Part shown: positions 17,463-26,701 of the stretch, one piece after another
Layout of the letters: each line of letters begins with the position of its first letter
Numbering within the stretch: the stretch's first letter is position 1
Assembly: GCA_041694835.1 (NCBI GenBank)
Contig: JBGFRZ010000016.1
Coordinates: 1 to 42,629, forward strand
Length of the DNA stretch: 42,629 bases
DNA from: Ignavibacteria bacterium
GTDB lineage: Bacteria; Elusimicrobiota; Endomicrobiia; PHAN01
Reading direction: 5' to 3'
Translations under genes and position numbers: made by a program
The notes under the pieces: model-generated
Databases searched by the model: none
Told to the model about the DNA's origin: nothing
Seen by the model: only the letters and a program-made list of their open reading frames with translations

Positions 17463-18809
17463 TTAAGGAAGTTTCGGTATTGTCAGTTCCGAACCGATTT
17501 TCGGAAGACCTCTTTCTATCTTATCCCTGTTGGAGTCGTATATCGACTGCCATCTGTTCGGATTGCCGTAGTATCTCTCCGCAAGCGACCTCAGTGAATC
17601 TCCGGGGATGACCTTGTGTTTTATCGGCCACAACGGTTTGGATTCTTTCGCCCTCGCGGGCGGCGACTTTATTGTTGTTTCTTTTGGAGGTGGCTCGGGG
17701 TCGCCTCTATGCTCCTTTAATTTCTTTTTTATAAGAGAGGACGCTTCCGAGTCGAGGATGTCGACAAAATCCCTGGCCTTTTTGTAAGCATCCTCCGTTT
17801 CGACAAGACTTTTGTTGAGCACGTTCAACCTGGTTTTCATCTCTAATATCTTGTTTTCCAGAGCGACGGCTTTCTCGGTGTTCTTGTTGAGAAGAATCTG
17901 CGAAAAATCGAAGCCGCCGAATCTGTAGAACAAACTTAAGGCGAACCTTCCCGTTCCCTTAAAATCCCACGGAATTCCATAGAAGACATCAATGCCGTAA
18001 GGCCAGAGGTAGGAGCCAAATCCAAGGCATATGGTTTTTTCGGAAGAATTTACCCCAACCCTCAGATTACCCATATCGCCGTAAACCCCGGCCTCCGCGC
18101 CGAGATATAACTTGCCTTTAGTGTCAAAATCCAGACAAATAAGATATTCGTCAAATTTCCTTGCTACACCAAATTGAACGCGCCTGTTTTCATTGGGTAT
18201 GTCATAGGCTGAAACACCGAAGTCGTAGTTCATTTTTTTGTATCTCGCTCCAAGATTTAAATCCAAACCCGCAGCAAGCGCCCCTATTCTCGCTCCCCAG
18301 AAAAAGTTCTCTGTTGTTCTTTCTTTTCTGCCTATGGCGACTCCTATCATGTCGGCGCCGTCATCGGAAAAACTCTTTTTGAAATAACCGCTCACAACGC
18401 CTATTTTCCTTAAGAAATGAGCGTAATCGATGCCGAGGGACGGACCGGCTTTATCTGCGGATACATAATTCCCCGCATTAAAAGCTATCTGGCTTTCGGG
18501 GATAAAAGCGAGACCCGAAGGATTTTTCCTTATGGAGCCAAGGTCATCGGAAATGGCTACTGCTGAACCGCCAAGTCCGTCAGAACGGACAGTAAAAGCG
18601 TAAACAGCAGGTAGAAGGTAGAAAGGTAAAAAGGTAGAAAAAAGAAATAAAAAGAGCGAATAGCAAATAGCGAATAGTGTGCAGAAATGACGAATGACGG
18701 ATGATGGATGACACACTTGTGCTCTTGTGCCCTTGTGCTCTTGTGCACTTGTGCTCTTGTGCACTTGTGCCCTTGTGCCCTTGTGCCCTTGTGCTCTGTT
18801 AATCATCAT
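17463..18809 (-). CDS. Exported protein: PorV/PorP-like OM barrel, coiled coil, Pro-rich linker and C-terminal LysM
   Basis: R..GLGG..VA..DD......NP.GLA start of barrel; HKV.PGDSL.SLA.RYYG....W..IY..N LysM. ATG 18809 overlaps the upstream stop (ATGA). Confidence 0.7.
   Translation of the reverse strand: MMINRAQGHKGTRAQVHKSTSAQEHKGTRAQVCHPSSVIRHFCTLFAICYSLFLFLFSTFLPFYLLPAVYAFTVRSDGLGGSAVAISDDLGSIRKNPSGLAFIPESQIAFNAGNYVSADKAGPSLGIDYAHFLRKIGVVSGYFKKSFSDDGADMIGVAIGRKERTTENFFWGARIGALAAGLDLNLGARYKKMNYDFGVSAYDIPNENRRVQFGVARKFDEYLICLDFDTKGKLYLGAEAGVYGDMGNLRVGVNSSEKTICLGFGSYLWPYGIDVFYGIPWDFKGTGRFALSLFYRFGGFDFSQILLNKNTEKAVALENKILEMKTRLNVLNKSLVETEDAYKKARDFVDILDSEASSLIKKKLKEHRGDPEPPPKETTIKSPPARAKESKPLWPIKHKVIPGDSLRSLAERYYGNPNRWQSIYDSNRDKIERGLPKIGSELTIPKLP
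18609..18795. repeat. Four abutting tandem-repeat arrays inside the 5' end of the barrel-LysM gene
   Basis: AGGTA(G/A)A(A) x4 (18609-18640), AGC(G/A)AAT x3 (18655-18677), (G/A)(G/A)ATGA(C/T) x4 (18685-18712) and CTTGTGCN x10 (18716-18795). Confidence 0.92.
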
Positions 18810-20287
18810 TCCATCCTGATATCGTCTATATGAACATTCCATGCTCTCTGGGTATCTTCTTCAAACATCCAAACGAGCTCTTTTATTTTAGTAAAATTCG
18901 TGGATATTTTACCACTGTGAGTAAAACCACCAGGTGTGACAACGGTGTTTTCGAAACCTCGCGGGCTATGATTCAGGATATTGGATACCGCTTCGTTTCC
19001 GTCGGAATCGATAATTTTCAACTTAACCCTAATTCCCATCGCGCCCGGCGAGACAACCGAGGGCCTTGCTATAAGCCAAAACTTCATCCTTCCGAATTTT
19101 GTGAAATCTTGAGGTGGATAAAAAATCCTTGAAACCTCCGCAGAACTTTTTTCATTTTTAACCGGCGCGAATTGTATTCTCAAAGAACGCTCTCCTTCCT
19201 TTTTGACCTCTTCGTCGTATTCTATGAAAACGTCGGCGTTGGCCGTTTTTGGTTTTTTAATTCTATAAAAATCTATCACATCACTCTCAAAACCTTCTGC
19301 AAGGAATTCTTCTCCCCGCGATGTTATGGAGATTTGCATCATCTTATCCGTTTGCTCTCTTTCTGTATTGAACGGCATGAAATCCTCGTAAATAAAAGTA
19401 TATAACGTCGTGGCGACGAGATTTACGCCGTCGCCTTGAACGGAATTTGATATGAAAGCGCCGTCGGGAACGGACGGCGGGAACCCAACGTATTTTTCAA
19501 GTTCAAGAAATTTTTTTTTGTCAAACGACATCGCAAGTTCCCTCCATGCGACATCTTCCACCACGCGAGAATCTTCGCTTGAAATTCTCAGATCCCAGCC
19601 TAATATTATTTTTCCGAGGACCTGATCTTCCGAATAAAAATCCCGGCTTAAGAGATCCGGCTTCAGCATCTTTTTTTCTTTGTCGAAAAAAAGATCTTCG
19701 ATAACAAACCTCACCCTCTTCGCCAAATCCGCCCATGCCAACTCGCCAGTCAGCGCGGCAAGTTCACCAAACGCAGCATAGGCCGCCAGATTTTCGCGAA
19801 CATTTATTTTAGAATCTTTTTTCGAAAAGGCGCCCCATCTATCGATATTTTTCTTAAACAACTCCCCCATATCCTTCGCCATACCGATAAATCTTTTGTC
19901 TCCGGTCTTATAAGTGTATAAATTGACAGCTCCGATGACGCACAGTTGAGAAAAGAAATCGATTTTGCCTGTTGCCGAACTCCCGTTGATGTCGTAATGT
20001 TCGTGAAATCCGTCAAAGTTTCTTTCGGATTTCGCTCTTCTGTATATGTCATCGTAGAAATCCAGAATTCTTCTGGCTCTGTTTTTGTGGCCCCTGTTTA
20101 AAAGGGCGTGGGCGCACAGAGCCTGTTCTCTTGTAGAAAAGTAATCCGTCCCGATAGGGCCGGCGGGCGATTGCGTCTTTGCTATGTAAAAATAAACCCT
20201 GTCAAAATTCCCGGGCGACATGACACTCTTGCAAAAACAAGCGGATTTGAGAAAAAAAATCAGAAAAATCGAATAATAGAGTTTCAT
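18806..20287 (-). CDS. Secreted protein: six-hairpin glycosidase-like domain plus C-terminal CBM11/CIA30-like domain
   Basis: Signal peptide; EQAL..HALL..G....ARRILDF helical repeats; C-terminal EG..SL.I.F, P.DF..F..M.FW and V.IDDIR. Confidence 0.6.
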   Translation of the reverse strand: MKLYYSIFLIFFLKSACFCKSVMSPGNFDRVYFYIAKTQSPAGPIGTDYFSTREQALCAHALLNRGHKNRARRILDFYDDIYRRAKSERNFDGFHEHYDINGSSATGKIDFFSQLCVIGAVNLYTYKTGDKRFIGMAKDMGELFKKNIDRWGAFSKKDSKINVRENLAAYAAFGELAALTGELAWADLAKRVRFVIEDLFFDKEKKMLKPDLLSRDFYSEDQVLGKIILGWDLRISSEDSRVVEDVAWRELAMSFDKKKFLELEKYVGFPPSVPDGAFISNSVQGDGVNLVATTLYTFIYEDFMPFNTEREQTDKMMQISITSRGEEFLAEGFESDVIDFYRIKKPKTANADVFIEYDEEVKKEGERSLRIQFAPVKNEKSSAEVSRIFYPPQDFTKFGRMKFWLIARPSVVSPGAMGIRVKLKIIDSDGNEAVSNILNHSPRGFENTVVTPGGFTHSGKISTNFTKIKELVWMFEEDTQRAWNVHIDDIRME

Positions 20288-20291
20288 GGCG

Positions 20292-20568
20292 CTAGTGTCC
20301 TGTCTCGCTAATACCTTTACATTTGAAGGGTAGGATTTGAGACGGATTCAAGGAATGACGACGCAGGTGTATCCACGCGATACATCAAGGAGGAATGACG
20401 CAGAAGCCGTCCAAATAATACCCTTCCCGAAGGGCTGATGTCTTTTGTTCATCGTCGGCGTTGCTCGTCGCTTACATACCGCAGAGGGTATGCTTCGCTC
20501 CTCGCGCCTTGACGCTGAAACAAAATACGAACAGCGAATGTAAAGGTATTAGTGAGACAGGACACTAG
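20292..20568. mobile_element. MITE family C, copy 1 (277 bp, CTAG-bounded)
   Basis: 32-bp inverted ends CTAGTGTCCTGTCTC(G/A)CTAATACCTTTACATT with one mismatch. The internal core is homologous to 34046-34323. Confidence 0.9.
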
Positions 20569-20572
20569 TTTC

Positions 20573-20601
20573 ATTTTATCTAAATATTAAAAGTAAATCA
20601 A
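20573..20601 (-). promoter_or_regulatory. Sigma70-type promoter for the 20287-to-11833 operon
   Basis: TTGATT-17 bp-TAAAAT on the minus strand. Confidence 0.6.
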
Positions 20602-20654
20602 CTTGCCACGCTTAGCCGCATCTTATGACAAAGTGCCAAATAACAAAAAGCGGG

Positions 20655-20683
20655 TTGACAAATGGTTAAAAAAATTGTAGTAT
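20655..20683 (+). promoter_or_regulatory. Sigma70-type promoter for the DUF4912-GH57 genes
   Basis: TTGACA-17 bp-TAGTAT. Confidence 0.6.
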
Positions 20684-20725
20684 AGTTGCGAATATAGACA
20701 TTCCGATTGCATATGAGATAAAAAT

Positions 20726-21085
20726 AAACCGCTAATGAACGCGAATTGTTTTTGCGTAATTCGTGGTTAAATATTATCAGGAGATGATATATTAAATGGA
20801 ACGCAGATAAACGCAGATTTGACAAGAAGATTGACGCAGATGTTTTTGAAATCCATCGAATCCCGATGAGCATCGGGACAAGTTCCACGTAAATCTGCGT
20901 CCTAAAAAGTAATTGAACGCAGATGAACGCAGAAACAACTTTGATAAACGCAGATGAAAAAAGATTTGAACCACGAAAGCGTGAAAACACGAAAATACTT
21001 GTAAAGAATTTTGTGATTTCTAATTTTCGTGATTTCGCGGTAAAGTTTTTAATCTGCGATAATCCTGTAAATCTGCGTCCTAAAA
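20726..21085. repeat. Second GAACGCAGAT / ACCACGAAAGC repeat cluster
   Basis: Shares about 130 bp (20953-21085) and a roughly 40-bp GAACGCAGATGAACGCAGAAACAACTTTGATAAACGCAGAT block with 3135-3680. Contains the palindrome TCCCGATGAGCATCGGGA (20861-20878). Confidence 0.9.
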
Positions 21086-21100
21086 TAATCAGGAGGTAAC

Positions 21101-21958
21101 ATGTCCAAGATTCCCACATCTTTTAAAGGTGTTATAAAAAAAGCGGAACAGGAGTCCCCCGAAGGACTGCCTAAAACTTACAACGATACAAAGATCGTAA
21201 TTTTGCCGAGAGATCCACTATGGATCTACGCCTACTGGGAGGTGTCAGGCGACACCATCTCGAAACTTACTGTTCAACTCTCGAAAAACGTTTATGAGAA
21301 ATCAAGGTGGACGCTTCGCGTCTATGATGTTACCGATGTATTATTCAATGGCAAAAACGCTCACAGAAGTTTCGATATAGCGATATCGCTCGATTCCGGC
21401 AGCTGGTACATAAACTGCGGCCAGTCAAACAGAGTGTGGTGCATAGACTTGGGGCTTGTAACCCCAGACGGTAAATTTATAGTCGTAGCAAGATCCGCAG
21501 CTATTCCCACACCGAGATACGGCATATCGCCTATAATCGACGAAAAATGGGGGATATTGAAGGCGGAGTTCGAAAAAATCCTCGAACTTTCAGGCGAAAA
21601 AAGGATAGGAAAAAGCTCTTTCGACGTAGCGACGCTAATGAAGGAAAAATGGGAAGAGATAATAAGCATGCCTTCATCCGGCATGGTCGGAAGCCTCAGG
21701 GGTCATAAAGCCATTAAAGGGAAAAAGGATTTCTGGCTTAAAGCCGACACGGAACTTATAGTCTACGGCTCAACCGAAAGAGACGCCAGATTAAAAATTC
21801 AGGGAAAACCCGTAACACTGAAAAGCGACGGGAGTTTTTCTATAAGAATGTCTCTCCCCGATGGAAATTTTAACATACCTATAGAAGCTGTGTCTAAAGA
21901 CGGTTCGATGAAAAGAAAAATCTCATTTAAGGTTTCAAGAAAAAGCAGCAAACGATGA
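21101..21958 (+). CDS. DUF4912 domain protein
   Basis: Motifs LP..Y..T.I..LPRDP.W.YAYWE, LRVYDVT and FWL.AD.ELIVYG.TE; SD AGGAGG; typical neighbour of GH57. Confidence 0.85.
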   Translation: MSKIPTSFKGVIKKAEQESPEGLPKTYNDTKIVILPRDPLWIYAYWEVSGDTISKLTVQLSKNVYEKSRWTLRVYDVTDVLFNGKNAHRSFDIAISLDSGSWYINCGQSNRVWCIDLGLVTPDGKFIVVARSAAIPTPRYGISPIIDEKWGILKAEFEKILELSGEKRIGKSSFDVATLMKEKWEEIISMPSSGMVGSLRGHKAIKGKKDFWLKADTELIVYGSTERDARLKIQGKPVTLKSDGSFSIRMSLPDGNFNIPIEAVSKDGSMKRKISFKVSRKSSKR

Positions 21959-22018
21959 GATTATTGACGCTTCGTTAAACAAAGAACAGAGGTGAGATGA
22001 TAGAGATTGGGGGGGTGG

Positions 22019-22071
22019 TGAATTTGTGAAATATCCCCGTTTTAACGGAGGGTGGCGATGGAGCAAATTCA
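22019..22071. repeat. About 50-bp hairpin element, family E
   Basis: TGAATTTG...CAAATTCA ends; the interior aligns with 36015-36063. Confidence 0.5.
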
Positions 22072-22148
22072 CACAATATTGTAGACGGTGTTTCAATGCC
22101 GTAAATCCCTTGAAACATTGAAATCTGAAACATCGAGATAAAAATAAT

Positions 22149-23741
22149 ATGGTTGAACCGAAAGGATATTGGGCGTTGGTGCTTCATGCACATCTCCCCT
22201 ATGTAAGACATCCCGAATACCCCGATTTTCTCGAAGAAGATTGGTTTTACGAAGGTCTCACCGAGACGTATCTTCCTCTTTTAGATATCTTCGAAGGATT
22301 TGTAAAGGATGGGATTGATTCTTTCAGGGTCACGATGACGATAACCCCGACACTCGCAGGAATGATGTCGGATTCACTCCTTCAATCAAGATACTACAAG
22401 AAACTCAACGGCCTCATAGAGCTGGCCGAAAAAGAGGTCTGGAGAACAAAAAACATACCCGAATTTCATCACACCGCCCTTATGTATGAAAGGATACTAA
22501 AAAGATCAAAAGAAATCTGGGAAAAATATCACGGGAACATTTTAAGGGGCTTCAAAAAACTTCAAGATGATGGATTTATTGAAATAATCACGTGCTGTGC
22601 GACGCATGGTTTCCTCCCGCTGAAAATCCACCGTAATGCGATGAACGCGCAAGTTAAGATAGCAAAACACGACTACAGGAGACATTTCGGAAGGGACCCG
22701 AGAGGAATCTGGCTTGCCGAATGCGCATATATCCCGGGGGTGGACGAAATTCTAAAAAAAGAAAAAATAAAGTTTTTTCTCCTTGAAGCCCACGGAATCC
22801 TTTACGCCGAGCCGAGACCAAAATACGGTGTGTTCGCTCCTCTTTTCTGCCCGAGCGGAGTGGCTTGTTTCGGAAGAGACCAAGAAACCGCTCATCAGGT
22901 ATGGAGTGCCGATATAGGTTACCCGGGCGATCCCGATTACAGGGAGTTCTACAGAGACGTAGGATACGACCTCGACTACGACTACATCAAGCCCTATCTT
23001 CACGAGGACGGCGCCAGAAGGAATGTGGGATTGAAGTACTTCCGTGTCACCGGTAGAGTGCCTTTAAATAAAAAAGAGCCATACAACCCCGAATGGGCAA
23101 GAAACAAAGCGGCATCTCATGCCGGCAACTTTATGTTCAACAGGGAAAAACAGGTAGAGTATCTCTCTTCAATAATAGATAGACAACCCATAATCGTCTC
23201 GCCTTTTGACGCGGAACTATTTGGACATTGGTGGTTTGAGGGTCCGCTTTTCATAAATTATCTCTTTAGAAAAATACACCACGACCAAAATGTCTTCAAA
23301 CCGATAACGCCGGTGGAATATCTGCAGAAATATCCAAAAAATCAGATATCGCAGCCAGCCGCATCCTCATGGGGAGACAAGGGGTATTTCGAGGTGTGGC
23401 TCAACGGCACGAACGATTGGATATACAGACACCTCCATAAAGCCGCCGAAAAAATGATAGACATAGCAAACAAAAACAAAAACTCCGTCGGCTTAAAGGA
23501 GAGGGCTTTGAACCAACTGGCGAGGGAGCTCGTTCTCGCTCAGGCGTCCGACTGGGCTTTTATAATGACCACCGGCACCATGGTAGAGTATGCAAGGAAA
23601 AGAACAACCGACCACATCCATCGTTTTACAAAGCTTTATGAGCAGATAAAATCAAATTCGCTGGACGAGGGTTTCCTTGCTACTCTCGAGTTCCGAGACA
23701 ATATCTTTCCGGAAATCGACTTCAAGGCATTTGTCGAATGA
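22149..23741 (+). CDS. GH57 1,4-alpha-glucan branching enzyme (DUF1957)
   Basis: Motifs LHAHLPYV, E...ETYLPL, ATHG.LP, GIWL.EC.Y, DAELFGHWWFEG and LAQ.SDW.F. Confidence 0.93.
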   Translation: MVEPKGYWALVLHAHLPYVRHPEYPDFLEEDWFYEGLTETYLPLLDIFEGFVKDGIDSFRVTMTITPTLAGMMSDSLLQSRYYKKLNGLIELAEKEVWRTKNIPEFHHTALMYERILKRSKEIWEKYHGNILRGFKKLQDDGFIEIITCCATHGFLPLKIHRNAMNAQVKIAKHDYRRHFGRDPRGIWLAECAYIPGVDEILKKEKIKFFLLEAHGILYAEPRPKYGVFAPLFCPSGVACFGRDQETAHQVWSADIGYPGDPDYREFYRDVGYDLDYDYIKPYLHEDGARRNVGLKYFRVTGRVPLNKKEPYNPEWARNKAASHAGNFMFNREKQVEYLSSIIDRQPIIVSPFDAELFGHWWFEGPLFINYLFRKIHHDQNVFKPITPVEYLQKYPKNQISQPAASSWGDKGYFEVWLNGTNDWIYRHLHKAAEKMIDIANKNKNSVGLKERALNQLARELVLAQASDWAFIMTTGTMVEYARKRTTDHIHRFTKLYEQIKSNSLDEGFLATLEFRDNIFPEIDFKAFVE

Positions 23742-23778
23742 CCCGCCGATTAATGCTTAAAAATATCTTGGAATTTTG

Positions 23779-23979
23779 GGCTCTTCTCCAAATGTTGTTG
23801 TAACATTGGGTAAGGATTTTGCAATACCGCTATGATGTGTGTGGGGTTATGTAAAAACAAAGTATTTTCGCTCATTCTCGTCCCGATAAATCGGGAGCGG
23901 GGTAATCAAGCGTTCACACTTGATTAAACCCGCTCAAACACTTTGTTTTTATACGCACAACAAAAAATGGAGAAGACCC
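23779..23979. mobile_element. MITE family A, copy 2
   Basis: Same TIRs as copy 1; TSD GAATTTTG / AAATTTTG (7 of 8 match). Confidence 0.9.
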
Positions 23980-24050
23980 AAATTTTGAAAATAAACAATT
24001 TTATTGTAAAATAATTTAGTCGGAAAATTGCGCGATAAAGCGAGTGAGTG

Positions 24051-24683
24051 ATGAAAATAACGAAGTTGCACCTTATAATCATCGTAATTTTAATCAGCGG
24101 TTTTTTTGCCGGCAAAAATATGTACAAACAGTTTGAAATAGCGAAGCAACAGAAAGAGCTTGAAAGAATTAGACAGCAGGAATTCGAAAAATCCCTTCAG
24201 GAAGCCGCTGAAAAGCAAAAAAAGGAAAAAGAAGAAACGGAACTCGTCGAGAAGAAAAAACTGCTTGCGAACGAAGCCATAGCGGTTGCAGGGGAGTATT
24301 GGAAGATAGCGAAAAAGGAATGCCGCGATGTAAGGGCGGGGCAATTAACTTTAAAAACGGCGAAAGAGAATTTTGCGGCGCAAGATTACAGCAGAGCATG
24401 GGAACTTGCCCATCTGGCGATAAAGGAATTAAAGGCCGCGGACAGGAGATACTCGGTTAAAAGTGGCGATAATCTCTGGAGAATTGCCGCGATGAAAAGG
24501 CATTTCGGAAAAGGCAGGATGTGGCCTTATATATGGATGGCCAATAGAGGAAAAATCAAAAATCCGCGGTTGATATATCCAAAGCAGAATTTTTTCATAC
24601 CCGTCGAATCATGGGAAAAATACAAGGATGATGTCGCAAAAATCCAATCCAGGAAAAACAATCCTTCGAAAAAACTAAAATAA
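24051..24683 (+). CDS. Membrane-anchored coiled-coil LysM protein
   Basis: N-terminal TM helix, charged coiled coil, then YSVKSGDNLW.IA...WP.IW.AN...IKNP.LIYP.Q. Confidence 0.85.
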   Translation: MKITKLHLIIIVILISGFFAGKNMYKQFEIAKQQKELERIRQQEFEKSLQEAAEKQKKEKEETELVEKKKLLANEAIAVAGEYWKIAKKECRDVRAGQLTLKTAKENFAAQDYSRAWELAHLAIKELKAADRRYSVKSGDNLWRIAAMKRHFGKGRMWPYIWMANRGKIKNPRLIYPKQNFFIPVESWEKYKDDVAKIQSRKNNPSKKLK

Positions 24684-24728
24684 GGAAAATACTAAAATTT
24701 TGTAATCTCTCCTCGAGAGTCGCACTAT

Positions 24729-26111
24729 ATGGACATAAAACTCAATTACTCGAATGTTTTATCCGATGTCGTTGGTGAGCACGGCATATCCGAGCAGGAA
24801 TTAAAAGACGTCTCGGAGAAAATCGCAAAAGCTCACGGTGAAATTCTCAGGAAAAAATCCGCGGGGGAACTCGGATTCACAGAGCTTCCTCGCAAGACGA
24901 ATGATGTAAAAAAGCTCAAAACTTTCGCTAAAAAACTTGCAGGAAAATTCGAAAACTTTGTTGTCGTCGGCATCGGTGGCTCCGCTCTCGGGAACATAGC
25001 TCTTCAGACGGCACTGCGGCATCCTTACTGGAATCTGCTCAATAAAAATAAAAGAAAAGGATGGTGCAAACTTTTTGTTCCCGATAACGTGGATCCCGAA
25101 CTCATAAAAGGGCTATCCGAAGTCATAAATTTCAAAAACACAATTTTTAATGTAATATCAAAATCCGGAACTACCGCCGAAGGGCTTGCCAACTATTTTG
25201 TCTTGAGAAAGATTTTAATCCAGAAAGTCGGAAAGAACTACCGCAAAAATATAATCATAACAACGGACGCCGGCAAAGGGTTTCTAAGGGAACATGCTAC
25301 AAAAGAAAATATTATTAGTTTCGAAGTTCCGGGCAATGTCGGCGGAAGGTTTTCGGTTTTGTCGCCCGTGGGAGTTGTCTCTGCTGCATTTACGGGAATA
25401 AATGTTGAAAAACTTCTTTCGGGGGCGGACGTTATGGACAAAAAATGTTCCTCCGATAATCTCTTTGAAAACCCGGCGGCCATGTTTGCGGCCATTAACT
25501 ATCTCTTATATCAAAAAGGTAAAAAAATCTGTGTAATGTTTCCATACTCGAACGCATTATACGGAATATCCGACTGGTTCAGGCAACTCTGGGCCGAAAG
25601 CTTGGGCAAGAAAACAAATAACAGAGGAGAAACTGTAAACATAGGGCCCACGCCCGTAAAGGCTCTCGGCGCAACGGACCAGCATTCACAAATTCAATTA
25701 TATATCGAAGGCCCCTTTGACAAGATTATTACGTTTCTTTCGGTGAGTAGATATCGAACAAATGTTCGAATACCTAAAACAGGATACAAGCATTATCTTG
25801 AGGGCCATTCTCTCAATGAACTAATAAAATCCGAAGAGGATGCGACAAGGATAGCCCTCACAAAAGAAAAAAGGCCAAACCTTACGATTGAAATTCCGAA
25901 AATTGACGAGGAAAACATCGGCGGACTTATCTATCTTCTAGAGCTGGCGACAGCATATGCGGGGGAGTTATTTGAGATAAATACATTCGACCAGCCGGGC
26001 GTTGAGCTTGGCAAACATCTCACCTACGGCCTCATGGGGAGAAGCGGCTTTGAAGAAAGAAAAAAAGAAATCGAAGAGTTCAAAAGTAGACAAACGCAAA
26101 GGATAATTTAA
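24729..26111 (+). CDS. pgi: Glucose-6-phosphate isomerase
   Basis: Motifs GIGGSALG, SKSG.T.E, VGGRFSV, QLWAES.GK, DQHS and FDQPGVE.GK. Confidence 0.96.
   Translation: MDIKLNYSNVLSDVVGEHGISEQELKDVSEKIAKAHGEILRKKSAGELGFTELPRKTNDVKKLKTFAKKLAGKFENFVVVGIGGSALGNIALQTALRHPYWNLLNKNKRKGWCKLFVPDNVDPELIKGLSEVINFKNTIFNVISKSGTTAEGLANYFVLRKILIQKVGKNYRKNIIITTDAGKGFLREHATKENIISFEVPGNVGGRFSVLSPVGVVSAAFTGINVEKLLSGADVMDKKCSSDNLFENPAAMFAAINYLLYQKGKKICVMFPYSNALYGISDWFRQLWAESLGKKTNNRGETVNIGPTPVKALGATDQHSQIQLYIEGPFDKIITFLSVSRYRTNVRIPKTGYKHYLEGHSLNELIKSEEDATRIALTKEKRPNLTIEIPKIDEENIGGLIYLLELATAYAGELFEINTFDQPGVELGKHLTYGLMGRSGFEERKKEIEEFKSRQTQRII
25754..25769. other. Copy 1 of palindromic site TCGAACAAATGTTCGA (inside pgi)
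   Basis: Exact match to 30863 and 32911; core inverted at 40175. Confidence 0.85.
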
Positions 26112-26114
26112 TTG

Positions 26115-26701
26115 ACCCCCTTAGAGATAGTCCCGACCAGTCGGGACCACTGAAAAACCTCACCACAGAGGCACCAAGAACACAGAGAAAAAACTTTACC
26201 ACGAAAGCGCGAAAGTTGGAAATCACGAAAAAAATAATCCCTCTATTTCCCCCTTTATTAAAGGGGGATTTAAGTGGGATTGTTTCGTGTCTTCGTGGTT
26301 CAGAGTTTTAATAACACAGAACTGGAAAGCCTCACCACAGAGGCACCATGAACACAGAGAAAAAACTTTACCACGAAAGCACGAAAGTTAGAAATCACGG
26401 AAAATCCCCCTCTATCCCTCTTTTGTAAAGGGGGAAGCGAAGGAGGGGGATTTACAGTGACTTGTGCACTTGTGCTCTTATGCCTTGTGCACTTGTGCAG
26501 ACCAAGGTCTGCAACTACAAAACTTGTGCTTTGTTGCAAAAAATTTCTTACACATTTCTTTGTGTCTTGTGTGGTAGAAGAACTTTTTCAATAATCTCAC
26601 CAGTCGGGACGCATTATTTACAATTTTGCTCGATGAACTTTACGATGCTGATTTATCATAACTATCATTCGCAGGCGGTAAGAATGTATCTCTAACGGGG
26701 T
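26115..26701. repeat. Composite repeat pile bounded by family-D inverted ends
   Basis: ACCCCCTTAGAGATA / TATCTCTAACGGGGT (14 of 15 complementary). Inside: GTCCCGACCAGTCGGGAC, a 172-bp-period duplication (26158 and 26330), CCCC...AAAGGGGG hairpins and a CTTGTGCN array (26461-26499). Confidence 0.85.

Noticed and set aside
20598-21119. 173-aa and 60-aa ORFs in the divergent intergenic region
   Set aside because: They are translations of the GAACGCAGAT repeat cluster and cross a promoter; no protein motif.
21995-22130. GAGGTG-ATG followed by a G7 run as a phase-variable small ORF
   Set aside because: No frame gives a recognisable protein, and the region is better explained by repeat remnants.
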